This document shows positions 19,230 to 28,249 of a DNA stretch of 64,000 bases, piece by piece (position 1 is the first letter of the stretch; each line of letters opens with the position of its first letter). Under the pieces are notes generated by a model. The model ran no database searches and had not been told where the DNA came from. It worked only from the letters and a program-made list of their open reading frames with translations. Location of the stretch: sequence record PZ445521.1. One strand, 5' to 3'. The translations under genes and the position numbers were made by a program. This stretch comes from a phage.

Positions 19230-19832
19230 TTATAGATTAAATCCTTCAAAATCAAGAGTATAGATAGTATATGTTGAATACTTTTTATACTCATATCTAT
19301 CTGCAATTCTAAATACACTTCCAGCTGGTATCATTACTTCTTGTTCATCTGAAACTAATTCCATATTACGATAACGATGGCTATCCGGAAACTTAAAGTT
19401 TGGATTGTATTCTTTACAGCGTAGAGCTTTTATAGCATACTCCTGGAAATTGAATACCATAGGAGCTTTGAATTCAAAAATAACTTGTGTGTTATACTCT
19501 AAACCAGAAGCAAAATGTAGAGCTATATTTTTATCATATGAAGCTGATACTACTTTATCAAATGTAATAATATCAATTCCTTGATTTAACACCTGCTTAG
19601 TCTCAGCTGGAACACCTCTCCAAAGAGGTTTATCGTTTGGAACCAAACGAGATTTGATTATTTCATTTAACCAAGAATGATCGTCTGGTTTATTAGTAAT
19701 ACAATGAATTAAAAGTTCAATTTCAGATAAATTAAACCCTTCAGAAAGTAATTCTTCACGAATAGAAGCACGCACCGATGCATCCATTGATTTTATTTTA
19801 AAATCTTTTAGTTGCATTACTGAGTATTTCAT
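19230..19832 (-). CDS. modA: ModA-like ADP-ribosyltransferase
   Basis: 200-aa ORF, same length as T4 ModA; paralog of adjacent 207-aa ORF; synteny. Confidence 0.65.
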   Translation of the reverse strand: MKYSVMQLKDFKIKSMDASVRASIREELLSEGFNLSEIELLIHCITNKPDDHSWLNEIIKSRLVPNDKPLWRGVPAETKQVLNQGIDIITFDKVVSASYDKNIALHFASGLEYNTQVIFEFKAPMVFNFQEYAIKALRCKEYNPNFKFPDSHRYRNMELVSDEQEVMIPAGSVFRIADRYEYKKYSTYTIYTLDFEGFNL

Positions 19833-20452
19833 TCAACTACCTCAATATCATAAACTTTAAATGTTCCAAATGAATCGTGTAATTTTTCTTTTGAAATAGA
19901 AGTTATTCTATACTTTCCAATTGGAATCATCCATTCTTGTTCACGCACAATCATCATTAAGTTATCAGTACGCTCTGAATCTAGCCCATCAGTATCTTCA
20001 TACGTGTACTTAAACTCAGTATTAGGAGAAGAAAGTATAATATCGCTGATATGGTCAGAATAATTAAAAGCTTTATTAGTTTTTAAGCGAAGTATTATTT
20101 TAGTAAAATATTCAGCGTAAGAAAAAGAACATGCTGTGAGCAAACTAGTAGTAAATGAATCTACTCTATTCGTTGAAAACACTTCTCCAACTTGTAAATC
20201 TTTAATAAGTTCTTCTGTTGATTTTGATATACCACGATATAACTGATAAGGTGATTTAGTTAAATGCTTTTTAATGATTTTATTCAACTGCCGATGAAGA
20301 GCTTCATTCTTTTTGGCTTCCATACATTGCCAAAGAACTGACTGCTCAAAGTCAGTAAATTTTTCACAGACCTTTTTATACATATCATATTGAAAATCGA
20401 CGCTTTCAGCTTTTATAGATAACTGTTCAACATCTGCAAGATTAATAATCAT
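19829..20452 (-). CDS. modB: ModB-like ADP-ribosyltransferase
   Basis: 207-aa ORF, same length as T4 ModB; 4-nt overlap with modA. Confidence 0.65.
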   Translation of the reverse strand: MIINLADVEQLSIKAESVDFQYDMYKKVCEKFTDFEQSVLWQCMEAKKNEALHRQLNKIIKKHLTKSPYQLYRGISKSTEELIKDLQVGEVFSTNRVDSFTTSLLTACSFSYAEYFTKIILRLKTNKAFNYSDHISDIILSSPNTEFKYTYEDTDGLDSERTDNLMMIVREQEWMIPIGKYRITSISKEKLHDSFGTFKVYDIEVVE

Positions 20453-20474
20453 GATAGCCTCCGTATACTTCAGA

Positions 20475-20510
20475 AGCTATCATATCATCGTTAGAAAGGA
20501 AAGTAAACAA
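20475..20510 (-). promoter_or_regulatory. early promoter (-35 TTTACT, -10 TATGAT)
   Basis: agtaaa 20502-20507, atcata 20479-20484, 17-bp spacer. Confidence 0.45.
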
Positions 20511-20519
20511 CTTTTTGAA

Positions 20520-20702
20520 TTATTTTGCCCAGGGAGCCCAGGGCGGAGGGTCAAGATGGTATGAAGCTAGTTCTTCTAGAAGAGCATCTGGGGCTTCAAT
20601 TCCATAATTCTGTAATACTATACGGTACTCTTTCTTATAATCACTGGAATCATTCTGGTTATTCGTAGAATGATTATCTTCTAACATCTCAAATAAATCC
20701 AT
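20520..20702 (-). CDS. hypothetical protein, 60 aa
   Basis: ORF track. Confidence 0.45.
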   Translation of the reverse strand: MDLFEMLEDNHSTNNQNDSSDYKKEYRIVLQNYGIEAPDALLEELASYHLDPPPWAPWAK

Positions 20703-20710
20703 ATTAATTC

Positions 20711-21181
20711 CTAGCGATAAAAACCAAATTGACGATTAGCTTCAATAATCTTTCTTTCTTCTTCGGACATTCTCCAGCGTAGTCCAACGTCAAAATGAGC
20801 CCAGACCATCTTAACAAATGCATTTATATCTTTAATATCTTCAATAATGAATGTTTTACTTTTAAAAGGCTGACTCGCTAATTTAACTTTATCATCTTCA
20901 AACAGGTCAAAAAGACCATATTCATGAGCTCTTTTATAGCCTTTAATAGTTAAAGCTTCAGAAGAAGAAAATGGTGAATCTGTATTCTGCAAAATATCTT
21001 CAGTATGCTTTATAATTAGAATAATATTTTCTGGATATTTTCTTTCTTTTATATCTTTAATTAAAATATCCGGATTTTCTGCTAAAGGAATAATTAATGA
21101 GCATTTTTTATCAAGTGTATTTACTGATTTACCTTCTTTAGACATAAATTCTATTGAATAATGTTTTGCTACTTCAATCAT
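20711..21181 (-). CDS. hypothetical protein, 156 aa
   Basis: ORF track. Confidence 0.5.
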   Translation of the reverse strand: MIEVAKHYSIEFMSKEGKSVNTLDKKCSLIIPLAENPDILIKDIKERKYPENIILIIKHTEDILQNTDSPFSSSEALTIKGYKRAHEYGLFDLFEDDKVKLASQPFKSKTFIIEDIKDINAFVKMVWAHFDVGLRWRMSEEERKIIEANRQFGFYR

Positions 21182-21326
21182 GGGATTTCCTTTTGCCTAC
21201 TAATGGACCATCGGGAATTTTGTTTTCCTGGATATATTTCTCATTTTCTTCCATCATTTTACTGCCAATTTTAAGAAGCAAATCCAGTGCTTCATTTGCT
21301 TTAGCTTTAGCCTCTTCCAGCGTCAT
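21174..21326 (-). CDS. hypothetical protein, 50 aa
   Basis: Read from DNA: [50 protein letters not shown]; stop overlaps next start (CATGATTGA); below the track length cut-off. Confidence 0.35.
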   Translation of the reverse strand: MTLEEAKAKANEALDLLLKIGSKMMEENEKYIQENKIPDGPLVGKRKSHD

Positions 21327-21334
21327 ATCTTTGT

Positions 21335-21538
21335 TCACGATTTATCCCCATAGATGTCTCTCATCAATTTAAGCGCTGAGCGTTCTAATTTCTTTTCTTT
21401 CTCAGCACTAATCATTGATTTCATCCATTCTTCCGATTCGTTCTGCATTTCTTTATTTGCTTGTTCAACCCAACCATCATCAATGTACATTGAGTTTGGT
21501 CTATTGAACCATTCAAGAATCTTCTTGAGAGCTTTCAT
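21335..21538 (-). CDS. hypothetical protein, 67 aa (srh-like position)
   Basis: ORF track. Confidence 0.45.
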   Translation of the reverse strand: MKALKKILEWFNRPNSMYIDDGWVEQANKEMQNESEEWMKSMISAEKEKKLERSALKLMRDIYGDKS

Positions 21539-22010
21539 TTATTTTACCTAAAACAATAGTAGGAGCATTGTCAAATTTATGAATTTTTAGCAAATTTGGA
21601 TTTAAATTATTCCATAAAGAGGTAATAAAATATGATAGCGCACTTTCGTCCGTAATTATAAATTTATTTCCTTTATCTATTTTCCAATCATATATTGAAT
21701 CATATGAATAGAAGGATAACGGTTTATTATTATAATATGCTTCAGCAACATCAATATAGTTAGATTTAGTAAATGCTTGAATTGCCATAAATGGAGAATT
21801 TTGTACAGTTTCAATAATTCCGATCTTTTTAAGTTTTATTTCAACATCTTCTGGAATTGGCATTGAAATAAAATCTTCTACTAGATACATGTTATTGTCA
21901 TATCTTTTATCAATCATTACTGCTACGGTAATTGGAACATCCTTGACAAACGCCATACTAATGCTATTGATAGACATTTCAAACAAAATTGCTTCCATAA
22001 TTTTCCTCAA
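21513..22010 (-). CDS. hypothetical protein, 165 aa (mrh-like position)
   Basis: ORF track. Confidence 0.5.
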   Translation of the reverse strand: MRKIMEAILFEMSINSISMAFVKDVPITVAVMIDKRYDNNMYLVEDFISMPIPEDVEIKLKKIGIIETVQNSPFMAIQAFTKSNYIDVAEAYYNNKPLSFYSYDSIYDWKIDKGNKFIITDESALSYFITSLWNNLNPNLLKIHKFDNAPTIVLGKINESSQEDS

Positions 22011-22348
22011 TCACAAGATGTAGATGAACAACTAGAATCACAAGAACTTCCACATGAATCGCCCGTCCATACATAAACAGGAACATTAGTATCATATGAA
22101 TCAGAACTAGACTGTGTTTTCTGTGTGTTAGATGATGTAGTAGGTACTGACCAGCGCCAAGGATTTTTATAATATTCTTGGGCTTCTTCATAAGTCATAG
22201 TAACTGCTTCTACTGTTCCATCTCCCATATAAACATATTCAACTACAGTTAAAGGAAGGTAGTCATTTGAAATAGGAACTACACCTTCCCCAGGAGTCGT
22301 AGAGAAAAAATCCGTAAAGAAACTTTTAAACCAGTTAAAGATAAACAT
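22007..22348 (-). CDS. hypothetical protein, 113 aa, Cys/Ser-rich C-terminus
   Basis: ORF track; C-terminal [18 protein letters not shown]. Confidence 0.5.
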   Translation of the reverse strand: MFIFNWFKSFFTDFFSTTPGEGVVPISNDYLPLTVVEYVYMGDGTVEAVTMTYEEAQEYYKNPWRWSVPTTSSNTQKTQSSSDSYDTNVPVYVWTGDSCGSSCDSSCSSTSCD

Positions 22349-22554
22349 TACAAAAAGCCTCTTTTGAATTCGACTTGCTTTTCACCATAATCATATCGAA
22401 TCTCTGCATTAAATTCGACAGAACCATCTGCGTACATCATAAATGAATGCACAACAACTTCTGTAGACCATGGTTGCAATTCATATTTCTTCATTACATG
22501 TCGTGAAATGATAATATCTAAATCTTCATTCGGTTTAATCCAACGATTTAACAT
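22348..22554 (-). CDS. hypothetical protein, 68 aa
   Basis: ORF track. Confidence 0.45.
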   Translation of the reverse strand: MLNRWIKPNEDLDIIISRHVMKKYELQPWSTEVVVHSFMMYADGSVEFNAEIRYDYGEKQVEFKRGFL

Positions 22555-22574
22555 AGTGCTCTCCTCTATAAGAT

Positions 22575-22612
22575 AATTCTATTATACCATACTCATTTTG
22601 GAAAGTAAACCG
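22575..22612 (-). promoter_or_regulatory. early promoter (-35 TTTACT, -10 TATAAT)
   Basis: agtaaa 22604-22609, attata 22581-22586, 17-bp spacer. Confidence 0.55.
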
Positions 22613-22620
22613 TTTAAATG

Positions 22621-22647
22621 AAAAAAAAAGGACTCCCGAAGGAGTCC
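22621..22647 (-). terminator. intrinsic terminator downstream of soc
   Basis: Stem ggactcc cgaa ggagtcc at 22630-22647, followed on the transcript by nine U. Confidence 0.6.
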
Positions 22648-22653
22648 TTGAAT

Positions 22654-22899
22654 TTATTCACCAGTTACTTTCCACAAATCTTCATTTGCAGCAATCCATT
22701 CAGTACGTTGATTTTCTTCATATACTGTAGAATATGCTGCTTTTTCTGAAGGGAATGTCTGGTAATGAGCTCCAGAAATTTTGTGAACGTCAGAATAAAG
22801 AGGGAAAGCTACGGAAATTTCCTTTCCTTCAATTTTCTTATTTCCATCTAATTTCTGCTCAAATGTTTTGATATTAACATAACCGCGAGTACTAGCCAT
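22654..22899 (-). CDS. soc: small outer capsid protein Soc
   Basis: 81-aa ORF recognised as T4 Soc; late promoter TATAAATA about 30 nt upstream. Confidence 0.85.
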   Translation of the reverse strand: MASTRGYVNIKTFEQKLDGNKKIEGKEISVAFPLYSDVHKISGAHYQTFPSEKAAYSTVYEENQRTEWIAANEDLWKVTGE

Positions 22900-22929
22900 G
22901 TAATTCTCCTTTTATTTAAATTACATGAT

Positions 22930-22937
22930 TATTTATA
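22930..22937 (-). promoter_or_regulatory. late promoter core TATAAATA
   Basis: Plus-strand tatttata at 22930-22937 is TATAAATA on the minus strand, upstream of soc. Confidence 0.5.
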
Positions 22938-22982
22938 ATAAATTCTCGCGGCTTTTAAGTCGTCGTTTAAATAAACGAGCTA

Positions 22983-23501
22983 TTAATAGCCTCGATCTTG
23001 ACGTGCGAAATTTTCGGCATTTTTCAGATAATAAAGTTTAAAGATTTCCTCAGCTGACATTCCAAGAGCAATAAATTTATTCATAAAAAAGTGAAATTGG
23101 TCAATCAGTTCAAATTTAATTTCAAGCTGATCTTCAGGAGATAAGTCTTGAATTTTCTTGGATTGCATTTCAGAATAACGTTTCTTCCAAGGTTTCCATA
23201 CGGCAGAAGCTTCTTTTTCACCATTACTCATACCACCAAGAGAAGTATATAGCTCGCGAGTTTCATCTGCGATATAATCGTCTTGGTTTCGCAGCCAAGC
23301 AAGAACTTCTCCTGCGGTTTCAAGTGAATCAGGATGACGATTTGTTTCTGGCTTATCATTAGCCAAACGAATCTGTAAAGACCGCTGCATATCAAGCATA
23401 ACCTGCAATGGGTCTTTTTCATCACCGAGAATATCCCAGTATTCATTTTGAGCTTTATCAACACCTTCGATCAAATGAGCGCATTCATTAAAGTGAGCCA
23501 T
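22983..23501 (-). CDS. 56: dCTPase/dUTPase gp56 (MazG-like)
   Basis: Track ORF 22983-23594 trimmed to MAHFNECAHL (AGGAAA Shine-Dalgarno), giving 172 aa against T4 gp56 171 aa. Confidence 0.8.
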   Translation of the reverse strand: MAHFNECAHLIEGVDKAQNEYWDILGDEKDPLQVMLDMQRSLQIRLANDKPETNRHPDSLETAGEVLAWLRNQDDYIADETRELYTSLGGMSNGEKEASAVWKPWKKRYSEMQSKKIQDLSPEDQLEIKFELIDQFHFFMNKFIALGMSAEEIFKLYYLKNAENFARQDRGY

Positions 23502-23529
23502 TATTTTTCCTTTCAATTCATGGGTTAGT

Positions 23530-23562
23530 AGATTAATTATACAATAAATATATAAAGCAATA
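23530..23562 (-). promoter_or_regulatory. middle promoter (MotA box TTGCTTTA, 11 bp, TATAAT)
   Basis: Plus-strand taaagcaa 23553-23560 and attata 23536-23541; upstream of gene 56. Confidence 0.55.
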
Positions 23563-23572
23563 AGGAGGACAT

Positions 23573-23773
23573 ATGGTACAAAAATTAATGGCACTTGTTG
23601 ATGCCATAAAAGGTAATAAGAAACGTATAGCTTTTACTATTTCTGCTATGGTAGGAATTTTACTCTGGAACTTTATTCTATCACCTGTTGCGATTGCACA
23701 TGGTATTAATATTCCAGTAGTTACTCTTGATACATTCGTAGATTTAGCATTTGCTTTAGTTGGGTTAATTTAA
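23573..23773 (+). CDS. small membrane protein, 66 aa (plus strand)
   Basis: AAGGAGGA Shine-Dalgarno 4-5 nt before ATG; two hydrophobic helices; stop overlaps primase stop; only well-supported plus-strand ORF in the window. Confidence 0.4.
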   Translation: MVQKLMALVDAIKGNKKRIAFTISAMVGILLWNFILSPVAIAHGINIPVVTLDTFVDLAFALVGLI

Positions 23774-24798
23774 ATCTTGGCATATTTAGATAGCCGCATT
23801 TTAGCCATCAACCCCTGGGCAATATTATTTTTCATATATTCCATAATTTGTTCAGTGGTTGCACCTTCCTTTCTAATCATATCATTAACATCTTTTGATT
23901 TCCAGGGAGATTTATCCCAAAACATAACCCTTTCTCCTGCATCAACTAATTTAGTCATTCGCTTAATAGTGTCAGGATGACGAGGTTCATTATCTAAAAC
24001 CCACACACGTCTATCTTTAAATGGAACAACTTCTAGGTCTAATTGACCACCCGTAATAGCTATACCATTTTCAATAAAAAGTGAATCTATAGGTCCTTCT
24101 AGAACATATACATCACCATCTTTAACTCGTTCTACTCCATAGATTTTTGTTGCCTCAGGATAAGCTTTGATGGTGATATATTTTTGAGGAGCATCTTTCT
24201 TTAATGCACGTCCTTGAAAAGACTCAGCTTTTCCATTAGCATTATAAATTGGAATAACAAGACGAGGCTCAGAAATTTCCTTTTTATATGTTCCCGGTGC
24301 TATACTATTAACTAATTTAGGCCATTCGGTTGTAAACCAAAGATATTTCCATTTATCCTTTGGAATACAACGAGCTTTTACGTATTTTATAATTGGATGG
24401 TCTTCCGCCAGTTTATCTAATCTAACACATGACGGAAGAGATTTAATTATTTTCTTCTCAGGTTGTTTAGGAAGTTCTTTAGGTTTTTCTACTGGACGAC
24501 TTTTACCTTTTTCTTTTCTTATTTCAAAGATATACTCACGATATAAATCAGGTTCAAACTCCTTTAAATATATTCCGATTGGTGCATGATAGTTACAGTT
24601 ATAACAATGAATATTTCCTTCATTATTATCGCCATAATACCATCCACGAGCTTTATTCTGGTCGGTTTTTGAATCTCCACAAACAGGGCATCTAAACCGT
24701 AATTTAAAAGTTGAACTATTATTTACTTGTGTGAATTTAGGTAAATGGGCTAATGCACGATACGCAAACTCATTATCAATCCAAGGTATTGATGACAT
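23770..24798 (-). CDS. 61: DNA primase gp61
   Basis: 342-aa ORF, same length as T4 gp61; zinc ribbon CPVCGDS ... CYNC; TOPRIM-like EGPIDS / LDNE. Confidence 0.9.
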   Translation of the reverse strand: MSSIPWIDNEFAYRALAHLPKFTQVNNSSTFKLRFRCPVCGDSKTDQNKARGWYYGDNNEGNIHCYNCNYHAPIGIYLKEFEPDLYREYIFEIRKEKGKSRPVEKPKELPKQPEKKIIKSLPSCVRLDKLAEDHPIIKYVKARCIPKDKWKYLWFTTEWPKLVNSIAPGTYKKEISEPRLVIPIYNANGKAESFQGRALKKDAPQKYITIKAYPEATKIYGVERVKDGDVYVLEGPIDSLFIENGIAITGGQLDLEVVPFKDRRVWVLDNEPRHPDTIKRMTKLVDAGERVMFWDKSPWKSKDVNDMIRKEGATTEQIMEYMKNNIAQGLMAKMRLSKYAKI

Positions 24799-24800
24799 TT

Positions 24801-24965
24801 TTACTCTTCTTTTTCTTTAGATTCCTCTTTTTTCTTTTTAGGAATCTGTTCAGGACCTTTATTTACTACAGCACCTGATGTTGTTCCAGTAGAGATATTT
24901 TCAGGATTACCACCTGAATCTCCAGCAACCATATCTTCTTTAATAAATTCTTTATATGTTTTCAT
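24801..24965 (-). CDS. hypothetical protein, 54 aa (61.1-like)
   Basis: Read from DNA: MKTYKEFIKEDMVAGDSGGNPENISTGTTSGAVVNKGPEQIPKKKKEESKEKEE; TAATATG junction with upstream gene. Confidence 0.5.
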   Translation of the reverse strand: MKTYKEFIKEDMVAGDSGGNPENISTGTTSGAVVNKGPEQIPKKKKEESKEKEE

Positions 24966-24966
24966 A

Positions 24967-25323
24967 TTAACCTCTATTCATAAAAGCATTAAAAATTTGG
25001 TCATCAATAGATGGCGCAGTAATATTTTCTGCATCATTTAGCAAATCATTAATTTCATCGGATAGCATAACACATGTACCTTTATTTCCTGTAATTGTTA
25101 CTGCACAATTACGAACGTTTTCTTTATCAAATTTTAGGTTAATATTTTCGTAGTGAAAATCCTTTAATGCCGAATATATCTTTAAAATGAAATTGTCTTT
25201 TACTACAATAAACCCAACCTCACTATTAAAACGCGGTTCATGGAAACTGTAATAAACCTTTTCATCTATAAAATCGTATGAAATTTTTTCCATTTTTAAA
25301 TATGAAAATTCAGAACTATACAT
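24967..25323 (-). CDS. hypothetical protein, 118 aa
   Basis: ORF track; C-terminus SIDDQIFNAFMNRG encoded by the duplicated junction cassette. Confidence 0.55.
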   Translation of the reverse strand: MYSSEFSYLKMEKISYDFIDEKVYYSFHEPRFNSEVGFIVVKDNFILKIYSALKDFHYENINLKFDKENVRNCAVTITGNKGTCVMLSDEINDLLNDAENITAPSIDDQIFNAFMNRG

Positions 25324-25324
25324 A

Positions 25325-25957
25325 TTAACCTTTATTCATAAAAGCATTAAAAATTTGATCGTCAATAGAAACTTTTACTTTAGGCTGTTCTTCAAACGGT
25401 AATTCATATCCACATATTACAATTTTGTGATCGATACCAAAATACACAGAAGCAATATTATTAATATTATTTTCAGTGAAATCTAAATCAACATCAATAT
25501 CTTTTTGACTAACGCTCAAAGGATAATTAATACGAATAATTCGATTATCTTTAACAAAGATTCCACCGACATACTCTGTGCTGCGTTTAAAGTTTACACG
25601 TTTCCTAAATGAAAAATATTCAGGTTCTTTATGGGCTCGACTCATAGGGCTTAAAGTGTATTCCGAATATGAAATATCAAATCCTACACCTTCAATATGA
25701 GCCAAAGTATCATGATTAAACCAATTATAATCGTATGCCAAATCCATTAAATTGTAATATGTGAAAGGCACCGGATTAACATCATATGTTGTACCTTTAA
25801 AATCTGCCCAGGCAACGATTTCGTTATCTTTAACAATTACAAAAATTGTGCCAATAAGATATCCACGGTTATTTTCATCAGGTGTTATATTATAACATTG
25901 TGCATCAGGAAATTTACCGTATTTAAACGGTGGATTTTTGTGCATATAATAAATCAT
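25325..25957 (-). CDS. hypothetical protein, 210 aa (61.2-like position)
   Basis: ORF track; length close to T4 61.2; C-terminus SIDDQIFNAFMNKG. Confidence 0.6.
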   Translation of the reverse strand: MIYYMHKNPPFKYGKFPDAQCYNITPDENNRGYLIGTIFVIVKDNEIVAWADFKGTTYDVNPVPFTYYNLMDLAYDYNWFNHDTLAHIEGVGFDISYSEYTLSPMSRAHKEPEYFSFRKRVNFKRSTEYVGGIFVKDNRIIRINYPLSVSQKDIDVDLDFTENNINNIASVYFGIDHKIVICGYELPFEEQPKVKVSIDDQIFNAFMNKG

Positions 25958-25958
25958 A

Positions 25959-26252
25959 TTATTCGCCTGTGATTTCGGTTACGATATTTTTGTTATTAAA
26001 GTTTTTATCGCAATACAGAACATAATTATACTGCATTACACCACCAGACTTAAGTTGTTTTTGCACTTCAGCTTTCATTTCAGGACGATCGCGCTCAACG
26101 ATATTCATAATATCCGCTTCAATTTGAGTTTCAACTTCAGTCTGATCTGCAGTCATAGACCATTCACACAAATCTTTATCATATCCTGCCATAGCAGGCT
26201 GAGCAGCACAAGAAGCCAAAGTAAAAATTGTAGCAAAAATAAATTTTTTCAT
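25959..26252 (-). CDS. sp: Spackle periplasmic protein
   Basis: 97-aa ORF with signal peptide, recognised as T4 Sp. Confidence 0.8.
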   Translation of the reverse strand: MKKFIFATIFTLASCAAQPAMAGYDKDLCEWSMTADQTEVETQIEADIMNIVERDRPEMKAEVQKQLKSGGVMQYNYVLYCDKNFNNKNIVTEITGE

Positions 26253-26312
26253 GATAATCTCCTCAGTAGTTTATGTTTATATAGTATCTCAATTTCCAAC
26301 AAAAGTAAACAG

Positions 26313-26570
26313 CTATTTTAAAACTTCTGCGTAATCACATGTTACAAACTGTTTCTCTAGCTTAACGATTTTACGAAAATACCTTTTATACTGACGAATC
26401 TGCCTCTTCGTAGGACGTACAGCAAACTTAATAAATTCCACTCGACCAAATGGAGGACTTTCTTCTGCTGGAATATCTAGCACCAATTCCCACGTATCTG
26501 CAATAAGTGCTTTGAATTGAGTATTTTTCCTGACGTTATACGGAGTAGGTTTAAATAAAACAATATGCAT
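26313..26570 (-). CDS. hypothetical basic protein, 85 aa (61.4-like position)
   Basis: ORF track; immediately upstream-adjacent to dmd. Confidence 0.55.
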   Translation of the reverse strand: MHIVLFKPTPYNVRKNTQFKALIADTWELVLDIPAEESPPFGRVEFIKFAVRPTKRQIRQYKRYFRKIVKLEKQFVTCDYAEVLK

Positions 26571-26571
26571 A

Positions 26572-26754
26572 TTATCCTCGGCAATCTACTTCACATACTT
26601 TCTTGTCATCAATGAAAGCTTTAACTAATGCTTTATTAACTTCAGCATATTGAGTAGTAGCCCATTGAACGTCATCTTTCATCATTGTGGTTTCTTTAGT
26701 AAACATGCTTTCATTCTTAAACCACCCCATAAAAACTACCTTTACCAATTCCAT
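26572..26754 (-). CDS. dmd: Dmd antitoxin (inhibitor of host RnlA/LsoA)
   Basis: 60-aa ORF MELVKVVFMGWFKNESMF..., recognised as T4 Dmd; early promoter upstream. Confidence 0.8.
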   Translation of the reverse strand: MELVKVVFMGWFKNESMFTKETTMMKDDVQWATTQYAEVNKALVKAFIDDKKVCEVDCRG

Positions 26755-26777
26755 AACAATCTCCTCATTTAACCAAC

Positions 26778-26815
26778 AAGACTACTATACCATAGTCTCG
26801 TCAGCTTGTAAACTA
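26778..26815 (-). promoter_or_regulatory. early promoter (-35 TTTACA, -10 TATAGT)
   Basis: tgtaaa 26807-26812, actata 26784-26789, 17-bp spacer; lies just after gene 41 stop. Confidence 0.55.
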
Positions 26816-28240
26816 AAATTTTAATTCATTCGCCAAAGCATCTAACTGAGCTCGAGTGGATTCATTTCTTTGATAGCGATTCTGCTCAGCCTGAATCTGT
26901 TGTGAACCTGCTACTTCACTCACTTCAGTTGGAGTAGAATCTTGTTCGATTTCTACCCATTTCTGATTTCCCTTTTGAACACCCATCAAAAACTTATTCC
27001 ATTTATTTTTATCACCATATCGTGATTTGATTTGCTTAATGAGTTGTTGTTCAGCAGCTGCTAACTCCTCGGTTTCAATGACCGCAAGCATAAAATCGGC
27101 TGTTGCTGGAAGACCGGCAGATTCTGCAATATCGCTCATGTTAACATCGGAAGAGTCCCAAGCTTGTTTACCAACCTGTGCTGCAGTCCAAAGAACAGTT
27201 TCGGTTTCAACAGCAAGAGCACGCAATTCCTCTGCAATAGCTTTAACAGTTGTGTAACTATTTTCTGAATAAACTCTAATGCGGCAAGATTTACAAATAC
27301 CCAGATAGTCGACAATAATGATTGTTGGAACAAAATTCTTCTTAAGCTTCAATTCGTTTAAAAGTGATCGAAATGTATTAGCATCTGCTCCACCAGTAGG
27401 ATACTGTTTAACGATTAAACGACCGAGAGTAGATTTCTCGCGCCATTTTTCCATTTTTCCTTTATACTCAGCGTAAGAAATATGCCCATCATCAATGTCA
27501 TCAAGAGAAACATCAAGCATGTTAGCGTCAATACGCTTAGCACAGACTTCTTCTGCCATTTCCATGGAAATGTAAAGAACATTATGTCCGAGCTGTAAAT
27601 AATCTGCCGCTAATGAACACAATCCTAATGATTTACCAACGTTAACGCCAGCCATTAAAACGTTCAGTGTTCCAGTTTCAGCTCCGCCTTTAGTAATTTT
27701 GTTTAGAATTCTGAGTTTAAATGGAACCTTACGAGCTTTATTCATATAAGATAGCCAACGCGCTTCATAGTCATCCATCCAATCATGACCAACGTAGCTA
27801 TCAAATGAAATTGATAATGCTTGGCGCATGATGTCAGGAATAGCACCTACATCTGGCATTTTCTTATTTCGTTTTTCCGGAGGAAGCTCAGCATTAGTTT
27901 GAATTTCGATTATTTTAGACGTAGCATTAAACATCGCCCTTTGCTGAACATATTTTTCTGTTTCTTTTACTAACCAGCTGTGGTCTTCTGGAGAATCAGC
28001 CAGTTTTGAAATAAGTGTTTTTACACCAGAATATTCTGTTTCAGTAAATGAACTATTTTCTAATGCAACATTTAATGCATTAATAGATGGAACGCTATGA
28101 TACTCATTAACATGAGATTTAATTAATTTGAATGTATTTTTAGCTGGACCACTTTCAAAATATTCTGAATCCATATATGGCCAAACTTTTGAAAAATAAG
28201 CTTGATCAAATATAAGATGAGAAAGAATAATTTCTACCAC
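26813..28240 (-). CDS. 41: replicative helicase gp41 (DnaB-like)
   Basis: 475-aa ORF, same length as T4 gp41; Walker A GVNVGKS. Confidence 0.92.
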   Translation of the reverse strand: MVEIILSHLIFDQAYFSKVWPYMDSEYFESGPAKNTFKLIKSHVNEYHSVPSINALNVALENSSFTETEYSGVKTLISKLADSPEDHSWLVKETEKYVQQRAMFNATSKIIEIQTNAELPPEKRNKKMPDVGAIPDIMRQALSISFDSYVGHDWMDDYEARWLSYMNKARKVPFKLRILNKITKGGAETGTLNVLMAGVNVGKSLGLCSLAADYLQLGHNVLYISMEMAEEVCAKRIDANMLDVSLDDIDDGHISYAEYKGKMEKWREKSTLGRLIVKQYPTGGADANTFRSLLNELKLKKNFVPTIIIVDYLGICKSCRIRVYSENSYTTVKAIAEELRALAVETETVLWTAAQVGKQAWDSSDVNMSDIAESAGLPATADFMLAVIETEELAAAEQQLIKQIKSRYGDKNKWNKFLMGVQKGNQKWVEIEQDSTPTEVSEVAGSQQIQAEQNRYQRNESTRAQLDALANELKF

Positions 28241-28249
28241 ACTTACTCC

